The notes under the pieces were generated by a model, which was not told the DNA's origin, made no database searches, and worked only from the letters and a program-made list of their open reading frames with translations. A stretch of DNA of 64,000 bases from NCBI GenBank assembly GCA_041660505.1, contig JBAZWG010000001.1, forward strand, positions 307,979-371,978. The letters run 5' to 3'. Source of the stretch: Minisyncoccota bacterium. GTDB taxonomy: Bacteria; Patescibacteriota; Minisyncoccia; Phycocordibacterales; JACRKE01. Shown here one piece after another: positions 35,659 through 45,867 of this stretch (its first letter is position 1; every line of letters begins with the position of its first letter). The position numbers and the translations under genes are program-made.

Positions 35659-37072
35659 ACAATATCAAGCATAGCATGGCCAGATACCAGATAAGCATTA
35701 ATGCCGTAGGCAATGAAGCGATTTGCAAATACGCGAACGGCAGATGAGCGGCGAGCGACACAACTCGTAAAACGTACAAAAGCAAAATGTGAGTCGGCAC
35801 GAGCGCAATGAATGCGACCGGATATGCAATGAAGCCGAGCACGATCATTATTGCGCCCAAGAGCATTAATGTCGGGACGACAGGCAGGATAAGAATATTG
35901 GCGAGAAGCGAGATGAGAGACACTATCCCCGTCTTATATATAATGAGTGGCATTATCATAGCCTCGGCCGCAATTGTGCCCGTAAGAATTTCTTTGACTC
36001 CGTAGAGCGCTGGTGCGCGTACGAGCAAACGACCAACAACCGGCGAGAGCCAGATAATGCCGGCGGCAGCGAGGAAAGAGAGTTGGAATGAGAAATCATA
36101 AAGAGGCGTAAGCGGATTCCAAAGAGACATTAGCAGTGCCGTGACCACAAGTGCCGTGCCGGCATCATATGTCCTGCCTTCTTTTTGCGCGAGCAAAAGT
36201 ATCACAGACATCACTGCCGCACGCACAGCCGAGGCAGAAAGCCCGGTCATAATGACGAACAAAACAATCATTACCCCGCTTAGGCCGAGGCCGATAGCCG
36301 TGGGTATACCGAAATATAAAATGACTGCTCCGATAGCATTCGCAATTATCGTAATGTTGTAACCCGATATGGCGACCACATGCGAGACGCCTGTCTGATT
36401 GAATTCGGCAAGTACCTCTTTGCCTATCGTCGTACGCGCACCGATCAAGATGCCGGCGACGAGCGACGACTCCGGCTCCGGCAGAAGTTCTGATATTTTA
36501 TTTAGGAATGTATGCTTGATTCCGTAAAGAAAAGAAAATGCAGAATTGCCTGCACCGCTCTTTATTTTCGATACGCTCGCATATTTAAACTCATACTGAA
36601 TACCGCGGAGTTTTAAGTATTCCTTCCAATAATCCGTCACGTTGGTCGCCTCAACTGCAGTTAAATTACCTTTTATGGAGATCAGATCACCGTAAGTAAA
36701 TTCCTGCGGGCCGTTTAATGTCACCACGGCCTCTTTATTTTTAAACATAGAGTCGTCAGTAAACTTAAGCGTTAGCCGCATACCGGTGTCTTGCTCTACC
36801 GGTTCGTCATTAACTACTGCCTGTATATTCACACTTTGCGCCGGTAGAAGTGCGGGTTGATTCACCTGCCAGAATTCATAACGAAAGATACCGAGACTTG
36901 TGGCGATTAGAAATACTGCGGTAATAAGCACTGCTCGTTCGCGCGATACGAACGGTAATATGAGCGCAAGCAGAAGCAAGAAAATCCCCACAGACCAGCC
37001 GAGCGCGAGAAAATAGGCAACAAAAATACCTGCGACGAATCCGACGCAGGCAGTGTAAACGTAAACACGCAT
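35612..37072 (-). CDS. comEC: ComEC/Rec2 competence channel, N-terminal half
   Basis: GVSHVVAISGYN, SAVRAAVM, SFQLSF. Confidence 0.92.
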   Translation of the reverse strand: MRVYVYTACVGFVAGIFVAYFLALGWSVGIFLLLLALILPFVSRERAVLITAVFLIATSLGIFRYEFWQVNQPALLPAQSVNIQAVVNDEPVEQDTGMRLTLKFTDDSMFKNKEAVVTLNGPQEFTYGDLISIKGNLTAVEATNVTDYWKEYLKLRGIQYEFKYASVSKIKSGAGNSAFSFLYGIKHTFLNKISELLPEPESSLVAGILIGARTTIGKEVLAEFNQTGVSHVVAISGYNITIIANAIGAVILYFGIPTAIGLGLSGVMIVLFVIMTGLSASAVRAAVMSVILLLAQKEGRTYDAGTALVVTALLMSLWNPLTPLYDFSFQLSFLAAAGIIWLSPVVGRLLVRAPALYGVKEILTGTIAAEAMIMPLIIYKTGIVSLISLLANILILPVVPTLMLLGAIMIVLGFIAYPVAFIALVPTHILLLYVLRVVSLAAHLPFAYLQIASLPTALMLIWYLAMLCLILYERKLPEILHKKALR

Positions 37073-37075
37073 AGC

Positions 37076-37516
37076 CTACGCCTTATGATTATCAATAGCC
37101 TCGTTCGAGAGCCGGTCGGCTTCTTTATTCTTTTCGCGCGGGACGTGGGTAAAGGTAATGTGCGGAAAGTGGCTGGCAATCGTCATCACGCGGTCGAACT
37201 GTTCACGCAAGACCGGATGCTTCACGCGATAGAGCCCATTCAACTGCCGCACAGCGAGCTCGGAGTCCATCCGCACATCCAGGTGCGTATCCTTCGCCGC
37301 AGCGCCTACGATCTTCTTAGCTTCAGTCAGCCCCAGAATAATAGCCTGATATTCGGCAAAATTATTCGTCTGGTTACCAAGATATTCTGTGCATTCTTTA
37401 AGTACCTTCCCGTCAGCATCAGTAATATAAGCCCCCGCCCCGGCAACGGCTTTATCTTTCACTTGATTATTCCGCGAAGCCCCGTCGGTATAGATAATTA
37501 ACTTTTGCACGACCAT
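37076..37516 (-). CDS. rnhA: Ribonuclease HI
   Basis: YTDGASR, TNNFAEY, DSEL, HVPREKNKEADRLSN. Confidence 0.92.
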   Translation of the reverse strand: MVVQKLIIYTDGASRNNQVKDKAVAGAGAYITDADGKVLKECTEYLGNQTNNFAEYQAIILGLTEAKKIVGAAAKDTHLDVRMDSELAVRQLNGLYRVKHPVLREQFDRVMTIASHFPHITFTHVPREKNKEADRLSNEAIDNHKA

Positions 37517-37521
37517 CAAAC

Positions 37522-37932
37522 TTATTGTATCCTCGAAGAATCGTAGGCCGTGCGTACCTCAGTGCGGAGCCATGTTTTAGCATCTGTGTAACTAGCGAAA
37601 ACCGCCTCCTTTTGTGCGGTGCGCAACAGTTCACCGACTGGGCCATCAGGAAGTTCACCCTTAAAATCAACCACACAGTTATAGCCAGAAGTATGATCGG
37701 CACCCTTAACAATACGATATTCAACGTTTACTCCTTTAAGGATTGGATGAATTTCTGCGGCAGCATCATCAACGAACTCAGGCGCCACTCCGCCTTCCTT
37801 CGCCTTTTGTCGAGTAAGTTCTGCAAATCGCTCCGAAGAACCCGTGGGCAGTCTGTTTGCCTGCAAGGAATCCTGAATCTCAATGTCTTGCGCTTTTTCC
37901 TCTTCGTGGGTACCTGGTACTGATTCGCTCAT
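37522..37932 (-). CDS. Hypothetical acidic protein
   Basis: ORF co-oriented with neighbours; TATAAT upstream. Confidence 0.6.
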   Translation of the reverse strand: MSESVPGTHEEEKAQDIEIQDSLQANRLPTGSSERFAELTRQKAKEGGVAPEFVDDAAAEIHPILKGVNVEYRIVKGADHTSGYNCVVDFKGELPDGPVGELLRTAQKEAVFASYTDAKTWLRTEVRTAYDSSRIQ

Positions 37933-37999
37933 TTTATTGTTGTTTACTAAATAATGTTGTCATTATATCCTTCACGCGACATTTTGCAATCCACGCCCC

Positions 38000-39682
38000 T
38001 TATTCCACAAGACCGCCTTGTGCATAGGCCCAATCTACAATTCTAAGCCGTAACTCGTGCGGGTATTTGAAGGTGGATTTTTCTAGCGTTACTTGTAGAT
38101 CAAGCTTCGTATCTAGTTTGATATTTTTGAACTCGTCATAGGTGAAGAACTTAATAGCGCCTATACTACTGCGTGACTTTTTGAGAATTAATTCTGTATG
38201 TATCCCTTCTTTGCCGAAGAATCTTACTTCGCTCACCTCGACATTCTTTAAACTGAATACCGGCTTCTCGTTACCAACACCGAACGGCGCGAATTGATCT
38301 ACCTCTCTGTACATTTCCCAGGTTATGTCATTAACGTCAATCTCTATATATTCTGATTTTTCTATTTGAGCCTTATTATAGAGAGTTGAACTCTCTAAGT
38401 TAAGCTTCTTGTAAGCAGATATCAGTGCCGGTGCAAACAATTCTATTTTATCTTCGTAGATTGAGAAGCCGCCGGCGAGTTCGTGCCCGCCGAAGTCTAA
38501 GAATATTTCATTGGAAATTTCTTTCGTTTCTGTCATCAGCTCTACTATATTTACCGAACCGTCGGAACGGCACGAGCCTTTCAGATGTGTTGAAGTGTGT
38601 TTGCCCCAGACGAACGCTGGCTTCTCATATTTCTCTGCGAGCATATTGGCGGCGAGGCCTACTATCCCCGGCTTCCAGTCTCTATGGCCTATCACTATAA
38701 CGGGTAAATCGGTGTGTAAATGCATGAGCGCCTCGGCTTCTTGGATGATAATTTGCACTTCACTCTTCCTGTCTGCATTGTGATCCAGTAATTTTTGCAC
38801 GAGCTCCGCCGCCTCGCCGCCATCTTCGGTCGTGAGCAATTTGAAGGCATCATAGGGGTCGCCCATCCTACTCGCCGCGTTTATGTGCGGGCCGATGGTG
38901 AAGCCGACGTCATCTTCTGTTAGATTTTCCGGCCTAACATTTTTCTTTTTTAACAATTGCAAAATACCGACCCTAGGAGTTTTACGTAATACTTTGAGCC
39001 CGTAATAAGCCAAGACTCTATTCTCGCCGGTCAGAGAAACCATATCGGCAATAGTTGCAAGACCGGCCAGATCAAGCAACCATTTCTCCCAGCCTTTCGG
39101 TAGCTCGAACTTCCCCTCTTTCATCAAAGCCTGCACTAACTTAAACGCCGTGCCCGCACCGCAAATATTTTTATTTTTATACTTGTCACCTTTCTTTTGT
39201 GCGTTTATTATTGCGTAAGCTTTCGGTAGTTTATCCTGAACAATATGGTGATCTGTAATTATTACATCAATGCCAAATTTACTCGCCTCGTCAACCGCTT
39301 CTGTATCTGTGATACCGCAATCTACCGTGATAATTAATGAAGCGTGTTGTTTCTGGAGTTTGCGCACCGCTTCTACTGTCATGCCGTACCCCTCTGTATA
39401 TCTATGCGGAATATAGGCGCTGATTTTCTTGTACCCGATTTTTTTGAAAAATTCGTAAAGTAATGCCGTGCCCGGAATGCCATCGCAATCATAGTCGCCG
39501 AAGATGACTATCTGTTCTTGATTCGAAATTGCATGGAGAATTATTGCGACCGCTTTCTTCATCCCCGAAAACAGGAATGGATCGTGCAAGTCGCGCACAT
39601 AGTCCGGATGCAAGAATATTTCTGCCGCCTTTTTTGTTGTTATGCCGCGTGCTTTGAGCAGCTGTTGCGTAAGGCTGGCCAT
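38000..39682 (-). CDS. recJ: ssDNA exonuclease RecJ
   Basis: GDYDCDG, TVDCG, TDHH, TIADMV, GGHELAGG. Confidence 0.95.
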   Translation of the reverse strand: MASLTQQLLKARGITTKKAAEIFLHPDYVRDLHDPFLFSGMKKAVAIILHAISNQEQIVIFGDYDCDGIPGTALLYEFFKKIGYKKISAYIPHRYTEGYGMTVEAVRKLQKQHASLIITVDCGITDTEAVDEASKFGIDVIITDHHIVQDKLPKAYAIINAQKKGDKYKNKNICGAGTAFKLVQALMKEGKFELPKGWEKWLLDLAGLATIADMVSLTGENRVLAYYGLKVLRKTPRVGILQLLKKKNVRPENLTEDDVGFTIGPHINAASRMGDPYDAFKLLTTEDGGEAAELVQKLLDHNADRKSEVQIIIQEAEALMHLHTDLPVIVIGHRDWKPGIVGLAANMLAEKYEKPAFVWGKHTSTHLKGSCRSDGSVNIVELMTETKEISNEIFLDFGGHELAGGFSIYEDKIELFAPALISAYKKLNLESSTLYNKAQIEKSEYIEIDVNDITWEMYREVDQFAPFGVGNEKPVFSLKNVEVSEVRFFGKEGIHTELILKKSRSSIGAIKFFTYDEFKNIKLDTKLDLQVTLEKSTFKYPHELRLRIVDWAYAQGGLVE

Positions 39683-39702
39683 ATGAGCTATGATTGTAGC
39701 AT

Positions 39703-40113
39703 ATGGATTGTATCTTCTGTAAAATCATCCGGGGCGAGATACCGTGCGAGAAAGTCTATGAAGATGAGTTCGTTTTATCGTTCTTGGATATCAACCCGGT
39801 AATGCCTGGACATACGTTGGTAATTACCAAAGAACATCATGCCAATATTTTGGAAGTAGCCGAAGGCACGCTCGAGCGCCTCGCAACCCGCGTGCAGAAA
39901 GTGGCGCGCGGAGTTAAAGACGGCACATTAGCGGACGGCATCTTCGTCTCAACCTTATCCGGCGAAGCCGCCGGCCAAAGCGTCTTCCACATCCACTTCC
40001 ACATAATCCCCCGTTATGAAAATGACGGCCTGGTAAACTGGCCGTACAAACCGTACGCCCCGGGCGAGAGAGAAGAAGTTGCCAAGAAAATTAAGACTGC
40101 TTTGAGTTCTTAA
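39703..40113 (+). CDS. HIT family nucleotide hydrolase
   Basis: CIFC, GHTLV, AGQSVFHIHFHIIPR. Confidence 0.93.
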   Translation: MDCIFCKIIRGEIPCEKVYEDEFVLSFLDINPVMPGHTLVITKEHHANILEVAEGTLERLATRVQKVARGVKDGTLADGIFVSTLSGEAAGQSVFHIHFHIIPRYENDGLVNWPYKPYAPGEREEVAKKIKTALSS

Positions 40114-41221
40114 GGGCTTCGATGGCCGGCAGGGTGCCTTTGGCCAAGAAGTCTATCATGGCGCCGCCGCCTATTGAGACGAAGGTGAATTTGTCTAAGA
40201 GGCCGAGCTTTTTTATCGAGGCAATGGTGTCGCCACCGCCGACTATCGTTCCCGCCTTTGACTCCGCCAAGATTTTCGCCATGCTTTCCGTGCCTTCTTT
40301 ATAGCCTTTTTCATAGACCCCTAACGGCCCGTTCCATAGCACAAACCTCGCTTTCGCGATTTCTTTACCGAGCATTTGTATCGTGTCTAGTCCGACATCG
40401 AGCATATTCTCGTTCGTTTGTACCAAATCCGGATTTTTGGTTAAAGACTGTCCATCGCGATCTACAACAACATCTGCCGGCAACAAAACATTTTTATATC
40501 CCAAAATTTTCTTGGCTTCTTTAAGATCGCCGTCGACCAATGAAAGCCCTGTTTCATAGCCTTTTACTCTAAATAAAGTGTTGGCAAGCGAACCGCCGAC
40601 GAACACCGTGTCGGCCTTACCGGCGAACTGGTGCACTAAAGGAATTTTCGTATCTGCCTTGGCCCCGCCGAAGATGCAGAGGAATGGATGCGTCGGTTCG
40701 AAGGCGCCGGAGAGCTGGACGACCTCTTCGGCAAATTCAAGCCCGGCATAACTTGGTAAATATTCCGTAACGCCGACAACGGAGGCGTATGAACGATGAG
40801 CGTCCGGAAATGATTCGTTAACAAAAAAATCTGCGCAAGATGCAAGTTCTTTTGCAAAGATAGGATCGTTCTGCTCCTCGCGCGGATCGGTACGGATATT
40901 CTTGAGCACAACCCCTTCTCCGGGCAGAAGTGCGTCAACTTTTTCGTTAACAATCTTCGGATCAAGTGAGTCAACATATAAGAATCCGAAATATCGCGCG
41001 ATAGGTTCTGTACTCTCTTCCCCGTCGTGCCCGATGTGGCCGACCAGAATTATCTTCACCTTGTTCTCTTTAAGATATTCGATGGTCGGCTTAATGCGGT
41101 TGAGCCGAAAGTCTTCTGTTACTTCTCCATCGGTTATGGGCACGTCCATGCCGGCGACAACCAAGGCTCTTTTGCCCTCCAGGCTCGGTATGCTCCCAAT
41201 TTGTGGCAGATTGTTATGCAT
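40091..41221 (-). CDS. pgk: Phosphoglycerate kinase (divergent)
   Basis: GGAK, WNGPLGVYE, GGGDT, SIGGGA. Confidence 0.9.
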   Translation of the reverse strand: MHNNLPQIGSIPSLEGKRALVVAGMDVPITDGEVTEDFRLNRIKPTIEYLKENKVKIILVGHIGHDGEESTEPIARYFGFLYVDSLDPKIVNEKVDALLPGEGVVLKNIRTDPREEQNDPIFAKELASCADFFVNESFPDAHRSYASVVGVTEYLPSYAGLEFAEEVVQLSGAFEPTHPFLCIFGGAKADTKIPLVHQFAGKADTVFVGGSLANTLFRVKGYETGLSLVDGDLKEAKKILGYKNVLLPADVVVDRDGQSLTKNPDLVQTNENMLDVGLDTIQMLGKEIAKARFVLWNGPLGVYEKGYKEGTESMAKILAESKAGTIVGGGDTIASIKKLGLLDKFTFVSIGGGAMIDFLAKGTLPAIEALKNSKQS

Positions 41222-41987
41222 GTGCGGCGTTACTTGCTATACGAATAATTTCAGAAAAGTTCTTGGGGTTCAAACTCTCTCGGCCGACAAGCAGACCGTC
41301 TACATGAGAAATAGAGAGTAGTGCGGTGGCGCCTTTCATATCGACAGATCCGCCGTAGAGCGTGCGCACTTTATTACCCGTCTTACTCAAGACGCTCGCC
41401 AGCACTTTGCGGATATAAAGCATCATCTGTTCAATCTCCTCCGGCTCGGCGGCGCGGGCCGCGTCTTTGCCTATCGCCCAGACCGGCTCGTAGGCTATGA
41501 CGATGCGGCCGGAATCTTTCTTCTGTACACCCTTAAGCCCAGCCGTTAGCTGGTCTTGAACGGCAGAGAGATAAAAGCCATGTTCATCACGCTGTTTCTC
41601 ACCGACGCAAAGAATAATAGTGAAGCCCAAAGCAAGAGCCATTTTAACTTTCTTATTAATCATTTCGTCGGTATCACCCGCCGCGCGCCGTTCCGAATGG
41701 CCAATAATGAGATATGAAGCGCCGGCACCACGTAACATAAGCGGAGAAATTTGACCCGTATAGGCGCCGACCTTCTCGAAGTAGGCGTCCTGCGCACCAA
41801 GCTTGAGCTTGTCCGAGCGAAACATTCTATTAATTTCAGAAAGATATATGTCCGGCGGACAGAGAACGGTCATAACATTTTTAGCAGTCAGAGCCTCTTT
41901 CTTTATGCTATTCACTATCCCCTTAGCCACCTTAAGCGACTCGGGATTCATCTTCCAATTCCCTATTATTAATTTTTTATATTCCAT
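41214..41987 (-). CDS. tpiA: Triosephosphate isomerase
   Basis: GNWKMN, GHSERR, AYEPVWAIG, YGGSV. Confidence 0.96.
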   Translation of the reverse strand: MEYKKLIIGNWKMNPESLKVAKGIVNSIKKEALTAKNVMTVLCPPDIYLSEINRMFRSDKLKLGAQDAYFEKVGAYTGQISPLMLRGAGASYLIIGHSERRAAGDTDEMINKKVKMALALGFTIILCVGEKQRDEHGFYLSAVQDQLTAGLKGVQKKDSGRIVIAYEPVWAIGKDAARAAEPEEIEQMMLYIRKVLASVLSKTGNKVRTLYGGSVDMKGATALLSISHVDGLLVGRESLNPKNFSEIIRIASNAAHA

Positions 41988-41996
41988 GTCGTAATA

Positions 41997-43469
41997 CTAC
42001 TGTATTTCGCGCCACTTTAACAGTGCGTAGTTGGAGGAGACCAGCGGGAAAGATGGAGGCGGACTATAAAACAAGTTCTGATCATAGACATAAGTGCGCG
42101 TTTGGTAGCCGGTACCGTCGGCGTAGGCAAAGCCGGGACGGTCGAATGAAGTCATTGAACCGTAGAGATATAGGGACGCACGCGTATCATAGGGCGAGCA
42201 CTTATCATCATCCCCTTCTTTTTTATCAAATTTGAAACGTTGGACTGACCCGTCCTTCGCAATAAGCGCCGCATCGATGCGCAAGTTATCATCGCTCTGC
42301 CAACCGATATTGATGTTATTCTGGCCGAAAATTCCGATAACATCGGTACCGTCATAGTTGGTATATCGGATGCCGTGATTTATCGTTATATTTTTCTCTT
42401 GCCCGCTGAAACTTCCGGCAGCGAGCGTTACTCGCGTGTTGTTAACCTGTCCATCAATCCACAAGTCATCTTCAACGAAGATTATGCCGTTGGCGGGATA
42501 ATTGTTGGTACTCAATTTAGTTTCCGTATCTATTGCGCCCAATTCCCAGCCACTCTGCCCGCCGTTCGACGGACAGCTACCTCTGGGGACAAGTTTGTCT
42601 ACGTTATACACGTCGAAAGTACCGTTGATCTTAAGCACAATATGGTAACCGGCAGAATTCCCACCAGCTTTTGATAAGTGGAAGCCGCTTGAGGTTAATG
42701 ACTTTGTTTTCAAATCAAGCATAGTTGCCGTCAAGCTGGCGAAGCTTACCGCCGGAACAGTATAAAATGGCGGGAACTGTCGGCCGGCCAGGAAGACATC
42801 CGGCCGTGACGGAATAGACTGCACCGGCGGAACAGGGTCCACGGGAGAAACGTTGGTATTTACTCCTATCCTCTCCGTGTGTCCGTCGTCATCATAGGTA
42901 TCAATTGCGGCACTGACGATATTGTGGGCGACACCGTTGAATTGGATGCCGTGATTGCTGTGGACGAGACCATATGACTGTGCTCCGGTGCCCATCACCA
43001 TGCTCGAGTCGGTAAGAATTGCATACTTTGCGAACGAAGCCAGAGCGAGCGTTGCTTGAACCTTGCGCGTAATGCTCGAATCTTCTGCAACAGAACCGAT
43101 AGAAGTTATCACGACAGTCGTGGCACCTAGAGGCGGCGGCGTGATGGTTAAGGAATAACTTCCGATAGTATTCCCCAGTTTATCTTGATAAGTGTGCACA
43201 TAAGGCCCGACATGACCGGTGCCATCTTGATAATCGTTCTGGAAATGGGCAAGGTGCCAGCGATAGTATTCAATACCCGCCTCGGCAATATGGAATGCTT
43301 GTTCGCGTAAAACAGCCTTGCGAGTTGCATTCAGTGACGCTACTCCCCACAAAGCCAAGGCGCCAAGAAGAACGCTGCCTACGGTAGCAAAGACAAGGAC
43401 TTGGACGAGGAGAGCACCTCCGGAAGTTTTTAGTTTGTAGTTTTTAGTTTTTAGTAAAAACAAGATCAT
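41997..43469 (-). CDS. PilX-like minor pilin/assembly protein
   Basis: G|GALLV class III-like leader, AEAGIEY. Confidence 0.75.
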   Translation of the reverse strand: MILFLLKTKNYKLKTSGGALLVQVLVFATVGSVLLGALALWGVASLNATRKAVLREQAFHIAEAGIEYYRWHLAHFQNDYQDGTGHVGPYVHTYQDKLGNTIGSYSLTITPPPLGATTVVITSIGSVAEDSSITRKVQATLALASFAKYAILTDSSMVMGTGAQSYGLVHSNHGIQFNGVAHNIVSAAIDTYDDDGHTERIGVNTNVSPVDPVPPVQSIPSRPDVFLAGRQFPPFYTVPAVSFASLTATMLDLKTKSLTSSGFHLSKAGGNSAGYHIVLKINGTFDVYNVDKLVPRGSCPSNGGQSGWELGAIDTETKLSTNNYPANGIIFVEDDLWIDGQVNNTRVTLAAGSFSGQEKNITINHGIRYTNYDGTDVIGIFGQNNINIGWQSDDNLRIDAALIAKDGSVQRFKFDKKEGDDDKCSPYDTRASLYLYGSMTSFDRPGFAYADGTGYQTRTYVYDQNLFYSPPPSFPLVSSNYALLKWREIQ

Positions 43470-44077
43470 AGATTATCTTTCAAATTACGAATCGTCACTT
43501 GAGTACCGTCGACTATCGGAGCCGGTGAACGGTTCGGGTCAGGATCGACGCTCACGTTAACTTTTACCAAGCGCACTTGATCTATCGGTACAGGCTGGGT
43601 AAACGGCGCGCTATTACCGGTATAGGTGTCCGGATAATATGAAAATATTGCACTGCCGTTTGTGACGGTGTGCACCAGCTCTATAATTTTCTCGTTCGCA
43701 AGATTATATGTCGGCGGAGAGCCCAGTGTCGGCGAGATTATCCCCCTCTTTAATATATTGCCGCTCATATAATATCTGACCTTCTCGTGCGTACCATCGC
43801 CGTTTACATCGGAGAAAAAAGTAATGGCCGAACTTGATGCGACTATAAACAAGTAATCGCCGGCATCGGAGGGTTCGGCGGTTCGCAACTCTGCCGTGAA
43901 TTGCTTGAGTCCGCGACGCAATTCGTCTGATGCGATAAGCCGTTCTTGGTTGTAGGCGTTCAACGAGAAAACATCCCTGCTGAATGAGCTTACGGCAATA
44001 GCCAAGATTGCAAGAATAGCGATTGAAACCAGAAGCTCGGTCAACACAAATCCTTTATTATCATGTAGCCTCTCCAT
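43466..44077 (-). CDS. Type IV prepilin (PilW-like)
   Basis: KG|FVLTELLV N-methylation site. Confidence 0.85.
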   Translation of the reverse strand: MERLHDNKGFVLTELLVSIAILAILAIAVSSFSRDVFSLNAYNQERLIASDELRRGLKQFTAELRTAEPSDAGDYLFIVASSSAITFFSDVNGDGTHEKVRYYMSGNILKRGIISPTLGSPPTYNLANEKIIELVHTVTNGSAIFSYYPDTYTGNSAPFTQPVPIDQVRLVKVNVSVDPDPNRSPAPIVDGTQVTIRNLKDNL

Positions 44078-44080
44078 AAA

Positions 44081-45865
44081 TTATTGATGCGTAATATAAA
44101 CCAGGCGCTGCTGCCAGTCATCACTTACTAATATGTCATTTGCTATGGCCGTTGTATAGCCCGGAGCACTAATGGTGGCGGTGTAATAATTAGGAGAGCT
44201 ATATTTGGTCAGACCTTGGAACAACACTTCCCCCGACGGCGTGCAGGCAGTGGTGTACTGAAATTGCACGTCTGTTACGGACGGCGTCAAAGTAGACGAC
44301 GCGGTTTGTAAGAGTACTTTATACCTGAAGTAGCGATTGTTCGCGAGCTCACTGCCGATGGAATTTTGTGCCAGCGTGTAATACGTGCTTGCAGTACCGT
44401 CCGGGCCGATATAGTTCCAGGTGGTATTGTCGGTGTTGGCGGCAATTTGCATGCGCACCGCATTCGCCCCGACACCTGCCGGCACATCGACGGGGTTCCA
44501 TTTTACATTATAGAGCGACGCGACTATGCCAAGGTCGAAGCTAGATGATGTTAACCAACCGGACGGTGCGTAGGTCGAAAAAGTTTTGAGCAGACTGATT
44601 TGCCCAGCTGGCGTGATAGATATGTTGCCGTCAGAGTCATAAAATTTAGTTTGGTCGGTATAGTTCGCCTGCCCTGCTCCGCCGGACCAGTCTGTCTGTT
44701 CCAATACTCCAACGCCAGTCGACTTAGAAAGATTAACACTGTTCCCCGTCAGCGTGACGGTCGCGCCGGAAACAGGAAGTTTAGTGGCCGTGTCTTTTAT
44801 ATCCAAGAGCAACGCCGCCGCTTGTCTGGTATAAACTGTGAGGTTTATCGTCGCCGTCGAGGCAGGGGCGATAGCTATCGGCATTATCGGCAAAGCGCCG
44901 CCCAAATCATATGTTGTGCTGGATGATGTTATCGTGTAGTTGTCCCATTCGAGATTCGGGACAGTAATACTCCCTGTCGCACCGGTATTCTGTCGAACAA
45001 AGTATTTATAAACCGGCAAACCACTCTTGGTGCCTATTGTTTTATTGCCTCGGAGCATGAATGGGAAGTTCGGTTGTGGAACGCAAGATGTATTAACACT
45101 CTGGAATACTGGCGAGGCGGTCCGGTCTATATAAAACGAGAGACCGGTAGTCTGCCCTGCCGAGACTGTCGCATCGCGCACGGTTGGTGTCGGATTATCG
45201 CTTGTCACTTTATACGTTTTATCTGTGGAATAATTATCTTTAGTCGTGCTTAGCGCGTACGAAAGACTTGACGGTTTGACGTCATAAATAGTAAGCACCC
45301 CCTGCGCGTTAGTAACATCGAAGAAATTCAGATTGGGTGATACTGCGGTGTTGACGATCGTTACTTGCGCGCCTTGCACCGGCTGGGCAGAAGCATCGCG
45401 GACAGTAATCTTTAACGCACCGTTGTTGGTGGTGGTCTCAAGATTCTTCGGTGCTATCGTGGTTGTGAGCGCGATTGGCGTAAATTTTTTACACATACTG
45501 CAATCGACTGATATCTGCGCGAGCTTGTAATCTGCCTCGGCAGGGTCCGTCGGAAAGATACCATCCGACGGGTCATCGACATTACGGATGGTCGTCGTCA
45601 CCCGAAAGGTGTTGCCATCGCGAACGGTAGTAGTCGACTCCGTAACGACACCAGCCGGGATGCCGCCGATAATGCCGACGCTCTGATAAGGCAGATTGTG
45701 CAAAATTTCTATCTGCTCGTTCGCAAGCTCGATAGCATCAAGCTTGTCCCCCGCTCCGCGAGTAACGATCATCACGCTCGCGTAAGACTGATACATGGCG
45801 ATAGAGACGATAGCAAGCAATGCCGCCCCAACGACAATCTCAACCAGTGAAAATCCGCGCTTCAT
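44081..45865 (-). CDS. Type IV prepilin (PilV-like) with carboxypeptidase-regulatory-like Ig domains
   Basis: RG|FSLVEIVV; PVQGAQVTI and PVSGATVTL modules. Confidence 0.85.
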   Translation of the reverse strand: MKRGFSLVEIVVGAALLAIVSIAMYQSYASVMIVTRGAGDKLDAIELANEQIEILHNLPYQSVGIIGGIPAGVVTESTTTVRDGNTFRVTTTIRNVDDPSDGIFPTDPAEADYKLAQISVDCSMCKKFTPIALTTTIAPKNLETTTNNGALKITVRDASAQPVQGAQVTIVNTAVSPNLNFFDVTNAQGVLTIYDVKPSSLSYALSTTKDNYSTDKTYKVTSDNPTPTVRDATVSAGQTTGLSFYIDRTASPVFQSVNTSCVPQPNFPFMLRGNKTIGTKSGLPVYKYFVRQNTGATGSITVPNLEWDNYTITSSSTTYDLGGALPIMPIAIAPASTATINLTVYTRQAAALLLDIKDTATKLPVSGATVTLTGNSVNLSKSTGVGVLEQTDWSGGAGQANYTDQTKFYDSDGNISITPAGQISLLKTFSTYAPSGWLTSSSFDLGIVASLYNVKWNPVDVPAGVGANAVRMQIAANTDNTTWNYIGPDGTASTYYTLAQNSIGSELANNRYFRYKVLLQTASSTLTPSVTDVQFQYTTACTPSGEVLFQGLTKYSSPNYYTATISAPGYTTAIANDILVSDDWQQRLVYITHQ

Positions 45866-45867
45866 AG

